Shown: positions 31,440 to 42,275, counted from the stretch's first letter. The stretch is 64,000 nt of DNA from a candidate division WOR-3 bacterium (GCA_023129165.1 JAGMCL010000111.1:201-64200), one strand, 5' to 3'. Translations and numbers: made by a program. Notes: generated from the sequence alone by a model not told the origin.

Positions 31440-31900
31440 CAAATTTTCTATATTTTGAGCAACTTAATTATACTTCTATTTTCTTGTAGATATATAGTAT
31501 CTTTGAAATATGTCTTAACTGTAATTTATTATACATCAAATATAGGAATTTGTCAACTGATTTTTTATTAAAAATTGGGTTTATTAACGTTAAAATTCTA
31601 TCTGTTTCTTATGTGATTCTTTCTTGGCAAAAGATGCAGAATAACAAAATACATATGGATTCATAGGTTGTTATAAATAGGTTGTTATAAATATGTAAAG
31701 AGTAAGAATTCAAGACGATTTAATCGTATCTGCCTGTTGGCAGATATAATATATCAACTAAATTGAAGAAGAACTGAATTTTTAAATATATAGATGGTAG
31801 ATATAAAAGGTGAAAGAGAAGATTATGGGTGATACTATGTAATATTTTTAATAAGTATTTACTTTTGGGGGGCACATCATAGTGCCCCCCAATTTTGTCT

Positions 31901-32716
31901 TTATGGACATATGGCAAATGCACGGGCAGGGAATCCATCTCCCTTAAATGGCTTAGGCCAACTTACTACAATAAGTGCACCTGCTTCAGGAACCAGGTCA
32001 AGATTTCTCAAAACCTCAATTTGCCAGTGTCCTTCAGCAAGAAGCCACTTTTCGACCGAACAACCAAGAGTATCAGTGTCCATAGCTTCATGGCCATTTG
32101 CAGTTATACCCCTTTCATCATAAAGGAACTGAATTGCCTCCATACCCCATGCAGGGAAAGGATATCTCTTGAAGTTGTCAAAGTTGCGTATATCCTTGTC
32201 TAACTGCCAGTCCTTATACATATCGCTTCTTAATGCCACGAAGGCTCCCTCTGGAATATTACCGTACTCTTTCTCCCATTCGAGGATGTCATCTACTGAG
32301 CACTGATGACTAGGTTCATCAACGAGTTTGTCAGTAATATCTATAACACAGAGGGGTAGAATCATCTCATCACATGGAATTTCATCGCAAGTTATATCGC
32401 AATCACAGAAGTGGCTGGGAGGGTCTACATGTGTTCCATATTGACCAACATGTGTATATATTGTAGCTCTGAAGAAATTATCAGTTGTTTCGCATGTCCA
32501 GAGATTGCCTTCTGCGTCCTTTGCGGGTTCAAACTTTGCCTGACCAAATCCCTCCCACACAGGAGTAGTCCCATCAAATGCATGTGTGAGGTCAACAAAT
32601 GTGGCAGTCTTTATCTGGGCATCATATAGTGCCCATAACCCAGGCTGCTTTGCCATACCAAACACTGACATGGCTATAAGTAATACTACTGCTACCAGTG
32701 TCACTTTTCTTGACAT
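31901..32716 (-). CDS. cyclase-family protein (kynurenine formamidase-like), secreted
   Basis: Motif HxGTHxDxPxH (HVGQYGTHVDPPSH) and a signal peptide. Confidence 0.7.
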   Translation of the reverse strand: MSRKVTLVAVVLLIAMSVFGMAKQPGLWALYDAQIKTATFVDLTHAFDGTTPVWEGFGQAKFEPAKDAEGNLWTCETTDNFFRATIYTHVGQYGTHVDPPSHFCDCDITCDEIPCDEMILPLCVIDITDKLVDEPSHQCSVDDILEWEKEYGNIPEGAFVALRSDMYKDWQLDKDIRNFDNFKRYPFPAWGMEAIQFLYDERGITANGHEAMDTDTLGCSVEKWLLAEGHWQIEVLRNLDLVPEAGALIVVSWPKPFKGDGFPARAFAICP

Positions 32717-32801
32717 ACAACCTCCCTTTAAAAATAAACCCCAGCAAAAACATACCCCTATAAGAGTTTTTTTGAGATATCACCTCCCTTCAATGTGAGT
32801 T

Positions 32802-32897
32802 TTATTTAGACCTGGCTGCTCTTCTGAGACAGATTGCCAGGCCTCCATAAAGTACTATACAGCCAAATATTAACATTATTATAGCCGATACAGGCAT
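32802..32897 (-). CDS. 31-aa single-TM peptide, putative small subunit of the NSS transporter (MetS/MaAIMP_sms-like)
   Basis: MPVSAIIMLIFGCIVLYGGLAICLRRAARSK. Strong AGGAGG RBS. Starts 4 nt after the transporter stop codon. Not in the ORF track. Confidence 0.4.
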   Translation of the reverse strand: MPVSAIIMLIFGCIVLYGGLAICLRRAARSK

Positions 32898-32900
32898 TTT

Positions 32901-34370
32901 TTATTCCTCCTTTCTTCCTATTTTTCCAAGAATAATGGATAATATTATAATAAGAACAAGAATACCCAATCCGGTAAAGATTGCCCATTTCGGATATCCT
33001 CCATAACCATAACGAATTAACTGATAAAGAGATGCAATAAATGACCATGCAAGTATCAGGGGAGTTACTATCATAATCATCACATCCCACCACTTCCCTA
33101 TCTTGAATTCTGAAACCTCGTTTGTGTACTCTCTTAATTTTCGAGATTTGTAAATATAACCTATTGCTACACACTCAAGAAATCCAACAAGTGTTAGACC
33201 GTAGGTGCAGGTAAAGTAGTCAGTAATGTCCAACCAGTGTATACCCCCACGGGTTGTAAATATGGAACCGATAAGAAAGCCGAATATACAGACAATAACC
33301 AATGTCTTATTTTTAGAGAAGTGCCACTTGTCAGTAAATCCAGCGACAAAGGGTTCTACCTGTGAGAATGCAGAATCTATCCCGAGGGTCAGGAGCAATA
33401 TAAAGAATAGAACACCGAAGAATTGAGCCCAGAATGGGAGCATCTGTATTATGAGTGGATAGGTTTCAAAAGCAAGGCCGAAACCACTACAGGCAATATC
33501 CGGTACGCCGACCCCCATTGCCTGTGCAAGATAACCCAGTGAGGAAAATACTGCAAAACCAGCGAAGAAGCTTGTTCCACAGTTCGCAAGTGACGTAATA
33601 TATGCATTATTCGTGATATCGGATTCCTTCTTGAGATAGCTTGAATAAACGATTAGTGTGCCCATTGCTAAGGATAGACTGAAGAATATCTGACCATAGG
33701 CTGCTAACCACACCTGGGGGTTCGCAAGGGCCTTAAAATTTGGTGTCAGATAGAATTTAAGACCCTCAATAGCTCCAGGTAGTGTAAGACCCCTGACAAC
33801 CATGATTATAAGGATAGCCCATGGGATTGTTACCGTCCAGAGAACGACCTTTCCAACGACCTTAACACCCTTGAATAAAATAAGATAGATTGCCAACCAT
33901 ACGATAGCAAGTGCAAAAAGTATTGGCCACCTTATTCCTCCAAGTATCCCGGGTCCTGCAGTTTGTTGAAGAAATAAATTACTGAAGAAATAACTTGTAT
34001 CTGTTCCCCATTGTAATGTCACAGAATGTACCGCATAGTTTAGGCTCCATGCCATTATTGTGGGGTAGAATAGAAATATTAGCATTACCACGAATAGTGA
34101 TAGCCATCCAATCCATTCCGTGCCTTTACTAACCAAAAAAGAGAAAGCAGATGGTGCTCCTGCCTGTGCCCTTCTTCCCATTGCATATTCCAATATCATG
34201 AGTGGTATGCCGGCGGTAATTAAAGCTATAAAATATGGAATAAGAAATGCGCCGCCGCCATTAGCATAACATATATAGGGGAATCTCCAAACGTTACCAA
34301 GACCGATGGCTGCTCCTATGGATGCCAGGATGAAGCTTGACCTGTTCCCCCATCTTTCCCTAATTTCCAT
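32901..34370 (-). CDS. neurotransmitter:sodium symporter (NSS/SNF) family transporter
   Basis: N-terminal signature GNVWRFPY and about 12 TM helices. Confidence 0.85.
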   Translation of the reverse strand: MEIRERWGNRSSFILASIGAAIGLGNVWRFPYICYANGGGAFLIPYFIALITAGIPLMILEYAMGRRAQAGAPSAFSFLVSKGTEWIGWLSLFVVMLIFLFYPTIMAWSLNYAVHSVTLQWGTDTSYFFSNLFLQQTAGPGILGGIRWPILFALAIVWLAIYLILFKGVKVVGKVVLWTVTIPWAILIIMVVRGLTLPGAIEGLKFYLTPNFKALANPQVWLAAYGQIFFSLSLAMGTLIVYSSYLKKESDITNNAYITSLANCGTSFFAGFAVFSSLGYLAQAMGVGVPDIACSGFGLAFETYPLIIQMLPFWAQFFGVLFFILLLTLGIDSAFSQVEPFVAGFTDKWHFSKNKTLVIVCIFGFLIGSIFTTRGGIHWLDITDYFTCTYGLTLVGFLECVAIGYIYKSRKLREYTNEVSEFKIGKWWDVMIMIVTPLILAWSFIASLYQLIRYGYGGYPKWAIFTGLGILVLIIILSIILGKIGRKEE

Positions 34371-34539
34371 AGTCCCTCCTATTGCAGTTGAAACTATTTA
34401 AAACTTTAACCAAAGATTAACCGTGTTAAATATTTACAAAATTAAGTATAAGTAATCATCTTTAGAAAGTTTTATATAATATTATAATAGTTTTTTATAA
34501 AAAAGTCAAGAAAAAAATTTTTACTTTAATGAATTAGCA

Positions 34540-36336
34540 TTAGATGTCTTTACATTCAAGCTTGAGCTCTTTGAGTTTTTTCTCTGTTGGAATACCATTC
34601 CTATCCCATTCTCTAAGATTATAATACTCATTAAGCATGGTATCGAGTGTCTCTTGTGATATATATTGCCCTTTTGCTGGTCCAGCAGGAATGGGCTCTT
34701 CCATACATCTTGGTGCTAATGTGTCATCTTTTCTTGATATTCCCTCTCTTACAGCAAGCATCCTTGTTAGGTTCCAGATTCTTTCTCCTGCATGTACATA
34801 TTCTTCCGGTGTAAATTCCAAACCTGTGCAATAGGTAAGTAGATTGGCAAAATCTTCCTCAGAGAAGGGCATAAAATCACAAAGGTCTGTAGAAAAACAA
34901 GCGGCACGCTCATCCTGGTTATATTTAACAAATTCTGCTCTTCCCTCTGTGCTGAATCTCTTGAGTTTACCATAAAGCTCTGCACGTGCTACCCATACCC
35001 TCTGATGGCATCCACCTCTATCTGCTGTTGCAAATGCAAGCGCCATACCATAAGATGCACGAGGGTCAACACCTGGAAGCTCGAGACCCTTGACATGTAT
35101 TGCATATCTTTTAGAATTTTTGCCAATTTCATCTGCGGCGATTCTTACACCATTTGCAAAAAGATCTCCAATTCCCTCTCTATAAGCTATAAGTTTTATA
35201 AACTCTATGAGTGCTTTACCATTGCCAAATTTTAAATCTATCTCTGGTTTTATTAAACCCTTTTCATAGCACTCCATTGCAAATCCTGCAGCATTACCAG
35301 CTGAGATTGCATCGATTCCTAAATCATTACACAGTATATGGGCATATGTTACCCATTCATATGAATCAATTAGGCAGTTGGGACCAAAAACTGCAACTGG
35401 TTCGTACTCTGGAGCCTCTAATTTTTTCCCCTTATATTCACCTGATTTTAGTACACTTAATTTAGTACAGGCTACAGGACATGCATAACAGGTTGTAGTT
35501 CCTGCCCATATATTCTCCTCCCATAATTTTTCTGGAACGAGACTGATGATCTGTGGCCATGCTATTCCGCTGTAGTTCTTAATAGGCAGTGTACCACCAT
35601 CTATTCCTTCCCATATACAAACGAGTGTTCCTAAGACATGTCTCTTTATGCGGTTTGGATGGGTGTGCAGAGAGCGATTTAGGTCTTTTACAAGTTTTTT
35701 GAATCTATCGGGGTGGGCATAAGAGGGTCTCTTATCTCCTGGTTCCACTACAATTGCCTTCAAATTTTTGGAACCCATTACTGCACCTGGTCCGCATCTT
35801 CCTGCCTGACGTCCGATATCGAAGGATATACATGCAAACTTAACGAGCTTTTCTCCAGCAGGTCCTATTACACCACAACTTGATTTTGGATACTTTTTCT
35901 TTAGTATCTCGTCGACTTCGAATACTGTTTTACACCATAGGTTTGAAGCATCCAATATCTCACAGGATTCGTCTTTAATATGTAGATAAACAGGTTCTTC
36001 AGATGCTCCATTAATTATTATTCCGTCGAAACCCGCAGTCTTAAGTTTCTGTCCAAAATAACCCCCGACGTGACCATCGGTGAATATTCCGGTCTCGGGT
36101 GATTTCGTTATCACTGAAAATCTGCCCGAAGATGGGGCTAGGGTACCTGTTAGTGGACCCGTCATAAGGATAAGTAGATTATCAGGACTAAGAGGAGGTG
36201 TCTTTGCAGGGACTCTATCCCAGAGAATCTTTGCACCATATCCCTTACCACCGATAAATAATTTTGCCAGTTCAGGGTCTATTTCTGTTATGGTTGTTTT
36301 CCTTGAGGTTAGGTCTACTTCTAATATTTTTCCCAT
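34540..36336 (-). CDS. aldehyde:ferredoxin oxidoreductase family (tungsten/molybdopterin)
   Basis: AFOR_N and AFOR_C regions. Start placed at MGKILEVD, so the first 14 aa of the ORF track are probably not translated. Confidence 0.85.
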   Translation of the reverse strand: MGKILEVDLTSRKTTITEIDPELAKLFIGGKGYGAKILWDRVPAKTPPLSPDNLLILMTGPLTGTLAPSSGRFSVITKSPETGIFTDGHVGGYFGQKLKTAGFDGIIINGASEEPVYLHIKDESCEILDASNLWCKTVFEVDEILKKKYPKSSCGVIGPAGEKLVKFACISFDIGRQAGRCGPGAVMGSKNLKAIVVEPGDKRPSYAHPDRFKKLVKDLNRSLHTHPNRIKRHVLGTLVCIWEGIDGGTLPIKNYSGIAWPQIISLVPEKLWEENIWAGTTTCYACPVACTKLSVLKSGEYKGKKLEAPEYEPVAVFGPNCLIDSYEWVTYAHILCNDLGIDAISAGNAAGFAMECYEKGLIKPEIDLKFGNGKALIEFIKLIAYREGIGDLFANGVRIAADEIGKNSKRYAIHVKGLELPGVDPRASYGMALAFATADRGGCHQRVWVARAELYGKLKRFSTEGRAEFVKYNQDERAACFSTDLCDFMPFSEEDFANLLTYCTGLEFTPEEYVHAGERIWNLTRMLAVREGISRKDDTLAPRCMEEPIPAGPAKGQYISQETLDTMLNEYYNLREWDRNGIPTEKKLKELKLECKDI

Positions 36337-36390
36337 GTATCCGCCTAACATATGCACCTCCGATAAGCTTGTTATCAATGTATAATAGTA

Positions 36391-36990
36391 TTAAATCACC
36401 CTTACAAATATCCAGATTATAAATATAATTGCTATTTCTATACTGTAGGCTAATCTCTCTTTTTTCTTAAAGGCTCTGTAGAGAACTTTTCCAAAGTTAT
36501 AACCAAACAAAGAGGTTATAGAGGCACCCAGTGCAGCCAAACTGCCATTTAGTCCTATATATTTTAATACCTTTGCAGATCCTCCATATGTCCAATAATG
36601 GTATCTGAAAAGATAGGTTATCGAAAATGCGAATATAACATATCCAAGCCAGGTTCCAAGTGCTCCGGATATCCAGATGGGTTTTTCTCGTTTAATTAGC
36701 TTTGCAATGATATCAAATCCCAGGCCTAAAGAGAGTATTGCTAAGAGATGGCAGTAATAAGGCCCAGCATTGATAAGTCTGAACAAGCAGGCAGTTACTG
36801 CTATGAGAGTGATGGAGCCAGGTCGAGAGACAAAAATAAAGGAAATTCCCAGGATACCGATTGCAATTATGGAGAGTATTATATCAGAGTAAGGGACATT
36901 AGCATTGTAAAGGGCACTGCCACCGATAGTCTCAAGAAATCCCCAAATAGAACCAAAGAAGACTATAAGAATAAGCTCTTTTCTGAACAT
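36391..36990 (-). CDS. membrane protein with 6 TM helices, function unknown
   Basis: Hydrophobicity profile only. Confidence 0.45.
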   Translation of the reverse strand: MFRKELILIVFFGSIWGFLETIGGSALYNANVPYSDIILSIIAIGILGISFIFVSRPGSITLIAVTACLFRLINAGPYYCHLLAILSLGLGFDIIAKLIKREKPIWISGALGTWLGYVIFAFSITYLFRYHYWTYGGSAKVLKYIGLNGSLAALGASITSLFGYNFGKVLYRAFKKKERLAYSIEIAIIFIIWIFVRVI

Positions 36991-37626
36991 TTAAGCCTCC
37001 AGTCTAATGTCAACTTTATATATTCTGTCTTCATCTATTTTGAGGGTTGATAAAAATCCAAGCAGGATATTTGTTAATGCATTTTTAACAAAAGAGTTTA
37101 AAGGAATTGTCTTTTCATTGATTTTAAGTCGGGTCATTTTATCTCTACCTTTTGACAACTTTTCAAGGAAATTTACAATATTTTTGATATCATCAGGATG
37201 AAATGTAGGTTTTTTTGTCTTTATTAAGAAATTACTTATTATTGCAATAGAGTCTTTTATCCTGGGTTTCTCACTTATACCTATCCTTAGTAATTCAATC
37301 TTTTTTACTGCCTTTGCCCTTTTATAACCCTCGATAAGTACAAAATCGCAGTCTGAGAGATGGTTGATAGCAAGGTCTTCGAGTTTGTTTTCGTCTGTTG
37401 ATTTTTTTATTAATCCAATCTCGTTTGGACTACTTAAAACCACTCCCCTTGCTCCACTTTTTCTGAATTTAAATGAGTCCTTGTCAGGAGGGTCAAATTT
37501 GAATCCTCGAGGACAATGCTTTATACACCCAACCCTGTATCCCCTTTTATTTAGTTCAGTTATAAGTTGGTTTATAAGCCGTGTTTTCCCAGTATCAGAT
37601 ACACCTGTTATACCTATTAAAAGCAT
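36991..37626 (-). CDS. mobB: molybdopterin-guanine dinucleotide biosynthesis adapter MobB
   Basis: P-loop LIGITGVSDTGKT with a MobB-like N-terminal domain. Confidence 0.7.
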   Translation of the reverse strand: MLLIGITGVSDTGKTRLINQLITELNKRGYRVGCIKHCPRGFKFDPPDKDSFKFRKSGARGVVLSSPNEIGLIKKSTDENKLEDLAINHLSDCDFVLIEGYKRAKAVKKIELLRIGISEKPRIKDSIAIISNFLIKTKKPTFHPDDIKNIVNFLEKLSKGRDKMTRLKINEKTIPLNSFVKNALTNILLGFLSTLKIDEDRIYKVDIRLEA

Positions 37627-37905
37627 TTCTTGACTTTATCCAAACTCCCAAATACGAGATTGCGAAGTTTATTCTGAGCAATAGCGAGGAATCTTCCTCA
37701 GAGAAGAAATCTAATTTTTACTTCGTTGAGATTCTATGGTAGGAGCAGGTTTCTACCTGCGATTATAGGTCGCAACCAGGAGGTTGTTCCTACCTTCAGA
37801 AGATATATTATGTAAAAGAGCAATAGGAACTTTATAAAGGAGTGACAGTGTTTACTTAGTAGTTTAATGTCTAAAGTCTTATGTCTTTTATCTGGATATT
37901 TTACT

Positions 37906-38940
37906 CTATTTAATAGTCGTCTGATGGATACTGATCAAGTCGTTTAGAAGTGAAAACCCGGTTTCTATACGACCTGCGCCTGGTCCAGATATAGTAACAC
38001 AATCAAGAGCATCAGTCTTGAATACAATTGCATTATTAACTCCAGAGATATGGAATAGAATATCACTCTCTTCAACCTTTTCTGGTGAAACACGTGCATT
38101 TACTTTTCCATTCTTCTTACATGCCCTGGCAATTAGTTTATACCTTTTATTTTCTCTTTTTGCCTGCTGGATATCAGATTGAGTAATGTTAGTAATACCC
38201 TTTCTTTCTACATCAGAGACCTTTATATCAGCACCCATCACCACATTTGAGAGTATGACAATCTTTGCAAGGGCGTCCCAACCCTCAACGTCGGCATCAG
38301 GCTTTGTTTCAGCATAACCAAGGCGTTGTGCTTCCTTAAGAACCTCAGCGTAGTTCCTACCTTCATCCATCTTAGTGAATATATAATTTGTAGTACCGTT
38401 GACTATCCCTCTTATCTCAGTGATATCTGCACCAGCAAGAGTGGAAAGGCTCAAATTTAGTGCAGGTGTACCGCTCAGCACAGTTCCTTCAAATTTAAGA
38501 ATCTTGTTATTTTCTGTTGCAAGTTTATTGAGCTCTCTATAATGAAGTGCTATTGGCCCCTTATTAGTGGTTATCACATGTTTACCTTCCTGTAATGCTG
38601 TTCTTATAAATGTAGTTCCCGGGTCTCCAGTATCAAGATTAGTTGGTGTGATCTCTGCGATTATATCTGCACCAGTTTCTTTTATTGTCTTCAAACTATC
38701 CCATCCCTTATTGCCACTTGAATAACCATTGATATTACCATCCTTCTTTACAAGTGATAATATCTCCAGCAAATCGAGACCTTCATCATGGTATACACTT
38801 CCCTTTACTGGATCAGATATCGCCACAACTTCATACTCCAGGGTGTATTTATTCTTCAGGTAAGTTCTCTTTTCTCTAAGAAGTTCTACAAAGCCCTGAC
38901 CAACAGTGCCCAATCCAATTATAGCAATTCTAAAACTCAT
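37906..38940 (-). CDS. hom: homoserine dehydrogenase
   Basis: NAD-binding RIAIIGLGTVG and the catalytic region GIVNGTTNYI. Start moved to ATG 38940, which follows GGAGG. Confidence 0.8.
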   Translation of the reverse strand: MSFRIAIIGLGTVGQGFVELLREKRTYLKNKYTLEYEVVAISDPVKGSVYHDEGLDLLEILSLVKKDGNINGYSSGNKGWDSLKTIKETGADIIAEITPTNLDTGDPGTTFIRTALQEGKHVITTNKGPIALHYRELNKLATENNKILKFEGTVLSGTPALNLSLSTLAGADITEIRGIVNGTTNYIFTKMDEGRNYAEVLKEAQRLGYAETKPDADVEGWDALAKIVILSNVVMGADIKVSDVERKGITNITQSDIQQAKRENKRYKLIARACKKNGKVNARVSPEKVEESDILFHISGVNNAIVFKTDALDCVTISGPGAGRIETGFSLLNDLISIHQTTIK

Positions 38941-39331
38941 TCTACCTCCTGGTATAATCTTCGGTAGCGTGCAAAATCTAACCACAGAGAGCACAGAGAA
39001 TCTTTAGTATTAAGGGATAGATTTATATTCCTCCCCTCTGTGACCTCTTATTAATCTCAAGATCCATTCCACAGGATATGTATGGAAAGGATACGGAATC
39101 TCACAGATAAGACTAATCTTTTATCACATCTTTTAACTTTTTTACGTTGAATGGTATTTAATAGCACAGGCAATTATCTTTTCTATTATACCATTCTGGA
39201 GAAATTCTTTTGGAGAGCACAGAGAATTAAATTTACTCTGTGACCTCTGTGGTTTTTCATATTCTTTCATATTATTTTTCACAGTATCTAATATTCATTA
39301 TATTAGACATCCTGATATTTATAGGATGTCT

Positions 39332-40240
39332 TTATATTTGGGTTATGCCAATATTACTTGATTTAGTAATTAGAATTTCCTTCTCAGTTTCTATTAGTTC
39401 TTTCTCAAAAATAGTAGCTATTTCCTCTCTTTTTTCCTTTTCACATATTGCAAAAATAGATGAACCACCACCAGATATATTGCATCCATATGCACCTGCA
39501 TAAAGAACTCTCCTCTTGACATTTTCATATCCTGGAATTGATTTTGCTCTTGCTGGTTCTGATAAACAGTCTTTATTTACGAATCTTCCAATATCTTTCA
39601 AATTACCTGATTCGATTGCATGAATCAAAGCCGAACAGCAACTTATTTGGTTTTTTAACTCTTTCAATGTATATCTTTTTTTTATAAGACCTCTGGTTGT
39701 GGTAAGTTTCTTTTTAATAATAGAAATTACTATAGGTATATCAGGTACCTCAAATTTTGTAACATCCATGGGTTTAAAACATCTTACAAGGATAAATCCT
39801 CCAAGCAAACACGCTGCAGCATTATCTGCATGAGGTTGCCCACCCGTTATCCTCTCTGCACTGCTTGCTATCTCAATAATTTCATTGTAGTTGAGATTTA
39901 GTGATAGCATCTGATTAAGGCCATATGCTGTTGCAGAGGCGGATGCACCAGATGAGCCAAGACCTGAGCATGTTTTAATGCCCTTTTTTATATTGATTTC
40001 CACACCCTGAGGTTTTCCAAGCCTTTGTAGAAGATTTATAGCAGCGAGACCAGCTGTATTTCTTTTTACCTCAGTGGGAACTTCCCATTTACCTGCTTCA
40101 ATATTTATAACAACAGAATTGTTTTGGGATAAAGATATTCTGAATTCATCATATGGTTTCTCTAAAGCGAGAGCAAAGATGTCAAACCCGGGACCAAAAT
40201 TCGCTATTGTGGCAGGTGCTCTAACTACGATCTCTCTCAA
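39332..40240 (-). CDS. thrB: homoserine kinase
   Basis: GHMP kinase motifs PATIANFGPGFD and GLGSSGA. Confidence 0.8.
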   Translation of the reverse strand: MREIVVRAPATIANFGPGFDIFALALEKPYDEFRISLSQNNSVVINIEAGKWEVPTEVKRNTAGLAAINLLQRLGKPQGVEINIKKGIKTCSGLGSSGASASATAYGLNQMLSLNLNYNEIIEIASSAERITGGQPHADNAAACLLGGFILVRCFKPMDVTKFEVPDIPIVISIIKKKLTTTRGLIKKRYTLKELKNQISCCSALIHAIESGNLKDIGRFVNKDCLSEPARAKSIPGYENVKRRVLYAGAYGCNISGGGSSIFAICEKEKREEIATIFEKELIETEKEILITKSSNIGITQI

Positions 40241-41148
40241 ATTAACCTCTTTTCATTCAGTACATTTTTCAGAATCTCTCTCTTTGGTTGGCTCAATCTT
40301 GTGAGAGGTAACCGAAGTCCACCTGCAGGTAGTCTCATTAAATTCAAAGCCTCCTTACAGGCCATAGGATTTGTCTCCATCCTGAGGGCTTCAAATAAGT
40401 TGTAGTATTTATAATGGAGTTCCCTTGCTTTATCTATTTCTCCTGTGAGACTATATTCGGTTATATTCTTCATAACGTCGGGTATGACATTGCCGGCAAC
40501 AGTAAATACACCCTTTCCACCAAATGAAAGTAGGGGATAGGCAGTTACGTCCTTTCCTGTAAATACATCGAAATCATTATTCTCTGTCAGGTATACAACC
40601 TTGGACAAGTGTCTCATATCACAGTTTCCATCTTTAGTAGCAATTATATTGGGATGCTCAGCCAATTTAGCTGTTCCTTCAGGCGAGAGATTCCTTAAGA
40701 CCCTTCCTGGTGAGTTATGCATTATAATAGGAATTTTCGACTCATCAGCAACATGCTTATAGAAGGAGATAATACCTTCCTCTGTAGGTAAAATCAGGTA
40801 AGGAACATATACGGCAGCATAATCACATCCAAGATCATAAAATAATTTAACTCTTTCAAGAGTTTTTTCCAGACCCATTGTACAGGTGTCAGGAATAACT
40901 TTTGTTTTGCCGTTTACTTCTTTAATTATAATTTCTATCACTCTTATTATTTCCTGATAAGATAGTAGTGTATTTTCACCGGTAACTCCAAGTGGTGCAA
41001 TTCCATGAATCCCTGCTTCTATTTGCCTTTTTACAAGTATCCGAAGTCCTTTTTCATCTAAAGATAAGTTTTCATCGAATGGTGTGATAAGTAATGTGTA
41101 GGCACCTGAAATCATAAAACCTCCTATCGTTTGTCTAAGTATTGTCAA
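40237..41148 (-). CDS. DapA/NAL-family lyase (4-hydroxy-tetrahydrodipicolinate synthase-like)
   Basis: DHDPS-family TIM-barrel pattern. Overlaps thrB by 4 nt. Confidence 0.7.
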   Translation of the reverse strand: MTILRQTIGGFMISGAYTLLITPFDENLSLDEKGLRILVKRQIEAGIHGIAPLGVTGENTLLSYQEIIRVIEIIIKEVNGKTKVIPDTCTMGLEKTLERVKLFYDLGCDYAAVYVPYLILPTEEGIISFYKHVADESKIPIIMHNSPGRVLRNLSPEGTAKLAEHPNIIATKDGNCDMRHLSKVVYLTENNDFDVFTGKDVTAYPLLSFGGKGVFTVAGNVIPDVMKNITEYSLTGEIDKARELHYKYYNLFEALRMETNPMACKEALNLMRLPAGGLRLPLTRLSQPKREILKNVLNEKRLI

Positions 41149-41184
41149 AAAACTTTTGTGGATTTTCTCTTATTCCACTTTTTT

Positions 41185-41326
41185 TTATAATTATCAATTA
41201 TTTACTTAACTCCCCCTGATTCTTGTAGGGGTCGGATTCATCCGACCCGTTTCTTTTGCAGGTTCGATAAATCGAACCCCTACATTTTTGATTTCATATT
41301 CTTTCATATTCTATTTGACACTACCG
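41185..41326 (-). repeat. copy E (short) of the leader-associated repeat family
   Basis: CGGTAGTGTCAAATAGAATATGAAAGAATATGAAAT, GGGTTCGATTTATCGAACC, GGGTCGGATGAATCCGACCC and CCCCTACAAGAAT. Intercistronic, co-oriented with the dapA-like gene. Confidence 0.75.
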
Positions 41327-41372
41327 TTTATCTAATTGGAATACTTAATAATACTATCTATGATGCTAAAAT

Positions 41373-42275
41373 TTATTGGACAAATAATATACTAAGCTGG
41401 TGAGCGATGCCGAGGTCAACCATGGGAGACACCGTATAATCAAATTTCAATCTGTTTCGTACAAATCCAAGACCAACAGAGAGTCCAGCAATAGCGTCCA
41501 TGGGTACATCTGCCTTTAAGTCTTGTCCCTGTGTATTGTATCCTGCCCTGAAAACAAAATTTGATGAAAGTTCAACTTCTGCACCAAGGATGAAATTTTG
41601 TCTTCCATTAAACTGTCTATCAACATCAAGGCTAAAGATATAAGGGGGAAGAGGATTGTATTTAACACCCGCTCTTATTTTATAAGGTAGCTCTTCTCTT
41701 TTATCACTGAAGGTTGTTATCTCATAACCTATGTTATTAAGGCAGAAGGCAATATCGATCTGAGGTGTATTAGGTGGAGTATATATGATTCCTGCATCTA
41801 GTGCAGGAGCAAATGCAGAATATTGGTCTATGTTTTCATATATAAGATTTAAGGATAAACCAGCCTTCAGAGTACTAAAACTTCTTGCATATGCAAACCT
41901 TGTAGATAGAGAGATTGGAGTAAAGGTGCCTTCCAACTTACCTACTATATCCCGTCTCTCCATGCTGCCAAGATTTACATAATTAATTGCAATACCAATT
42001 ACGCCTTGAAAGTAAGGTTTTTCCCAGAGAAGAACACCTGAGTTTATCCCGGCAACGTAGAGTCGTAGGGTAGAGCTGATGGTCATGGAATTAGTATTGC
42101 ATATACCGGCAGGATTATAAAATATGCTGTATGGATCGCAGAATGCAGAAAACCCACCACCAATTGCAGTTGGTCTTGCACCGCACGGAATATTGAGAAA
42201 GTCAAATATAGTTGTGCTATTATTACAGAAAAGGATTGTAGGGGTTATAATTGCGAGGAGAAGAAACCTTTTCAT
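41373..42275 (-). CDS. outer-membrane beta-barrel protein of the PorV/PorQ (T9SS-associated) type, putative
   Basis: Signal peptide. N-terminal GARPTAIGGGFSAFCDPYSIFYNPAG resembles the conserved ARxxGMGGA ... NPAG motif. Alternating beta-strand pattern. Confidence 0.4.
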   Translation of the reverse strand: MKRFLLLAIITPTILFCNNSTTIFDFLNIPCGARPTAIGGGFSAFCDPYSIFYNPAGICNTNSMTISSTLRLYVAGINSGVLLWEKPYFQGVIGIAINYVNLGSMERRDIVGKLEGTFTPISLSTRFAYARSFSTLKAGLSLNLIYENIDQYSAFAPALDAGIIYTPPNTPQIDIAFCLNNIGYEITTFSDKREELPYKIRAGVKYNPLPPYIFSLDVDRQFNGRQNFILGAEVELSSNFVFRAGYNTQGQDLKADVPMDAIAGLSVGLGFVRNRLKFDYTVSPMVDLGIAHQLSILFVQ

